From assembly GCA_963740315.1 (NCBI GenBank), contig CAVUDP010000002.1, positions 2,336,001-2,400,000 on the forward strand: a stretch of DNA of 64,000 nucleotides, read 5' to 3'. Below are positions 62,285 to 64,000 of this stretch, piece after piece. The translations under genes and the position numbers were made by a program. Within the stretch, counting starts at the first letter, position 1. The number at the start of each line of letters is the position of its first letter. The DNA is from an uncultured cyanobacterium (lineage in GTDB: Bacteria > Cyanobacteriota > Cyanobacteriia > Cyanobacteriales > Nostocaceae). The notes beneath the pieces are model-generated. The model was not told where the DNA came from and did no database searches. It saw nothing but the letters and a program-made list of their open reading frames with translations.

Positions 62285-63541
62285 CTAAAGAGAAATTTGA
62301 TTTTCAACTGATTGAGTATCTGATTGATAGGGATGATATTCGGTTAGCACAATATTAAATGGACTTTTGATCCGGTAGACTATATTACGCCAAGAAACTT
62401 TAGATAGCGACATTGATGAGATCAAAGCCAATCCATAAAACCAATGAGTTAAAGGAATTCCAACGAACGATTTTATTAACAATAGAGGTGAGATTTTTGG
62501 CATCATTTTCTGATAGCTAATTGCTTTTCTCACTGTTATTTCTACAACAACTGTTAACAAAAGTAATCCGAATATATAGATACTATAGCAACCAAATAAA
62601 ACTACTGAAGTACCCCCTTCGCTAAACAACAAATTCAGCACAATTAACACTAATATAATATTTGGTAGCAATATGGAAAAAATCGCATTCACAACTACTA
62701 ACCACCATTCAGGATGATACAGTCTAGAAGCAAGTAGTTGACGTTTCATCCAATTCATTAATCCTGGTAAAGTGCATTCTTCTCGATTCAATATTAATAA
62801 AGAAGGCACAAATTTAATTTTTAAACCGTATTCTGCTAGAACACTTTGAACCATCGTATCTTCGTTAAAAGCTTTTGCCCATTTATCAAGTATTTGGGTT
62901 TCGTGAATAACTTGCGTTTTAATTGCTAAAGTGCCACCCCAACAAATACCGTATAAATACATCTGTATAACTGCCGATACATTCCAGATGTACCTCACCA
63001 AAGTACCCCAATATTTGCCTTCAGATACATACCAACGATTCCCTGTTGTCGCCCCGACTTTAGGATGAATTAAAGGTGTAACTAACTCCCGCAACCAAGC
63101 AGGATGAACTACTGCATCTGCATCCACCAAAGCAATGACTTTATAGGAACTATCTAGCTCTGAGACAGCTTGTATCAACGAACTGCATTTGAGAGTACAA
63201 GAGGTACTGGCTATTTTTAAAGGACTAATTTGAACGTTCGTAGCACCACATTCAGTAACAGTATTGTGCGCTACAAGCCATGCAGGATCTTCCTGACTAT
63301 CAACTACAACTTTTAAATCGTACTGGGGATAGTCTTGTTGCAATAAGGCTTTCAAACAATTTGGTAAAAAAGGATCTGCCCCTCGCAGGCATAAAATAAC
63401 TGCCGTTTTCGGGAGTTGGTTATCGGAGACTGAGTTACCCTTATTTGAGCGCAGGTAAAACACAAAAATAAGCGTTAAAACCATCTGAATAACCAACCAA
63501 ACTAGCAAAATTTGCAGCAGAGCGATCGCCCAAAATTTCAT
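62285..63541 (-). CDS. Membrane glycosyltransferase family 2 (GT21/ceramide glucosyltransferase-like)
   Basis: N-terminal TM; DAD, WGG, ED and WMKRQ motifs; C-terminal TMs and WRN..Y. Confidence 0.85.
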   Translation of the reverse strand: MKFWAIALLQILLVWLVIQMVLTLIFVFYLRSNKGNSVSDNQLPKTAVILCLRGADPFLPNCLKALLQQDYPQYDLKVVVDSQEDPAWLVAHNTVTECGATNVQISPLKIASTSCTLKCSSLIQAVSELDSSYKVIALVDADAVVHPAWLRELVTPLIHPKVGATTGNRWYVSEGKYWGTLVRYIWNVSAVIQMYLYGICWGGTLAIKTQVIHETQILDKWAKAFNEDTMVQSVLAEYGLKIKFVPSLLILNREECTLPGLMNWMKRQLLASRLYHPEWWLVVVNAIFSILLPNIILVLIVLNLLFSEGGTSVVLFGCYSIYIFGLLLLTVVVEITVRKAISYQKMMPKISPLLLIKSFVGIPLTHWFYGLALISSMSLSKVSWRNIVYRIKSPFNIVLTEYHPYQSDTQSVENQISL

Positions 63542-64000
63542 TTCTAGAAACCTTCACATCATAAAAAAAACAAAGTCAATCAATTTTGGATTTTGGATTT
63601 GCGTTCGCGGCTAGCGTACCGTAGCGTATCCGCATAGGACATATTTAGATTGTTCCCATCAGGGAAACCCGTACAAAGGTAGATTGACGATTTTTGATTT
63701 ATTCTATAGTTGAAACGTTCTTGGTTGAAACCGTTGATAATTTAATCCAAAATCTATGTCAAAATCTAAACTTTTTTCAGTCATTTTGTCGCGATCGTTC
63801 TTGCGATCGCCTATGCAGATTTACTTTTGATTTATCGAACGCAATTTTGTTAAAATCAAAATTCTGCAATAAGTTATTATCTATCGTATAGGCTGGAGGT
63901 AAAAACTTATAAAATTTGAATGATTTTACCTCCAAGGAATCTTTTGGAAAAGAGATATGGGATTTATCCAGCTTAAAAATTGAATTTTTGTTCGCGTTGT

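Noticed and set aside
63694..63891. 65-aa ORF near the window end
   Set aside because: Built from STRR/HIP1-rich intergenic sequence; no coding signal.

Overview
This AT-rich chromosomal window comes from a filamentous, probably heterocyst-forming cyanobacterium (Nostocales/Rivulariaceae-like). The assignment rests on abundant HIP1 octamers (GCGATCGC), STRR heptamer/octamer arrays, and genes such as crtO, glcE/glcF and a murJ-pentapeptide-LCP-manC-ABC1 block. It holds about 45 CDS for housekeeping, envelope and signalling functions. Accessory content includes an N4-cytosine MTase plus putative endonuclease pair, a bacterial topoisomerase IB, a G8-domain giant protein and an orphan alpha-oxoamine synthase divergent from a Ser/Thr-His kinase. 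Three toxin-antitoxin loci have lost their toxins, and two genes are frameshifted. The most striking item is a 460-bp element with no credible protein gene (57272-57731). Its ends follow IS608 (IS200/IS605) rules: TTAC target, AAAG and GAAT guides, and a TCAA end. Instead of tnpA/tnpB it carries a promoter-like box and about 380 nt of GNRA/UUCG-capped hairpins, which makes it a candidate mobile stand-alone large structured RNA. Intergenic DNA is dense in GTAG-type REP-like hairpins, several of which have seeded higher-order tandem arrays. All family calls come from motif recognition by eye; no database search was run.
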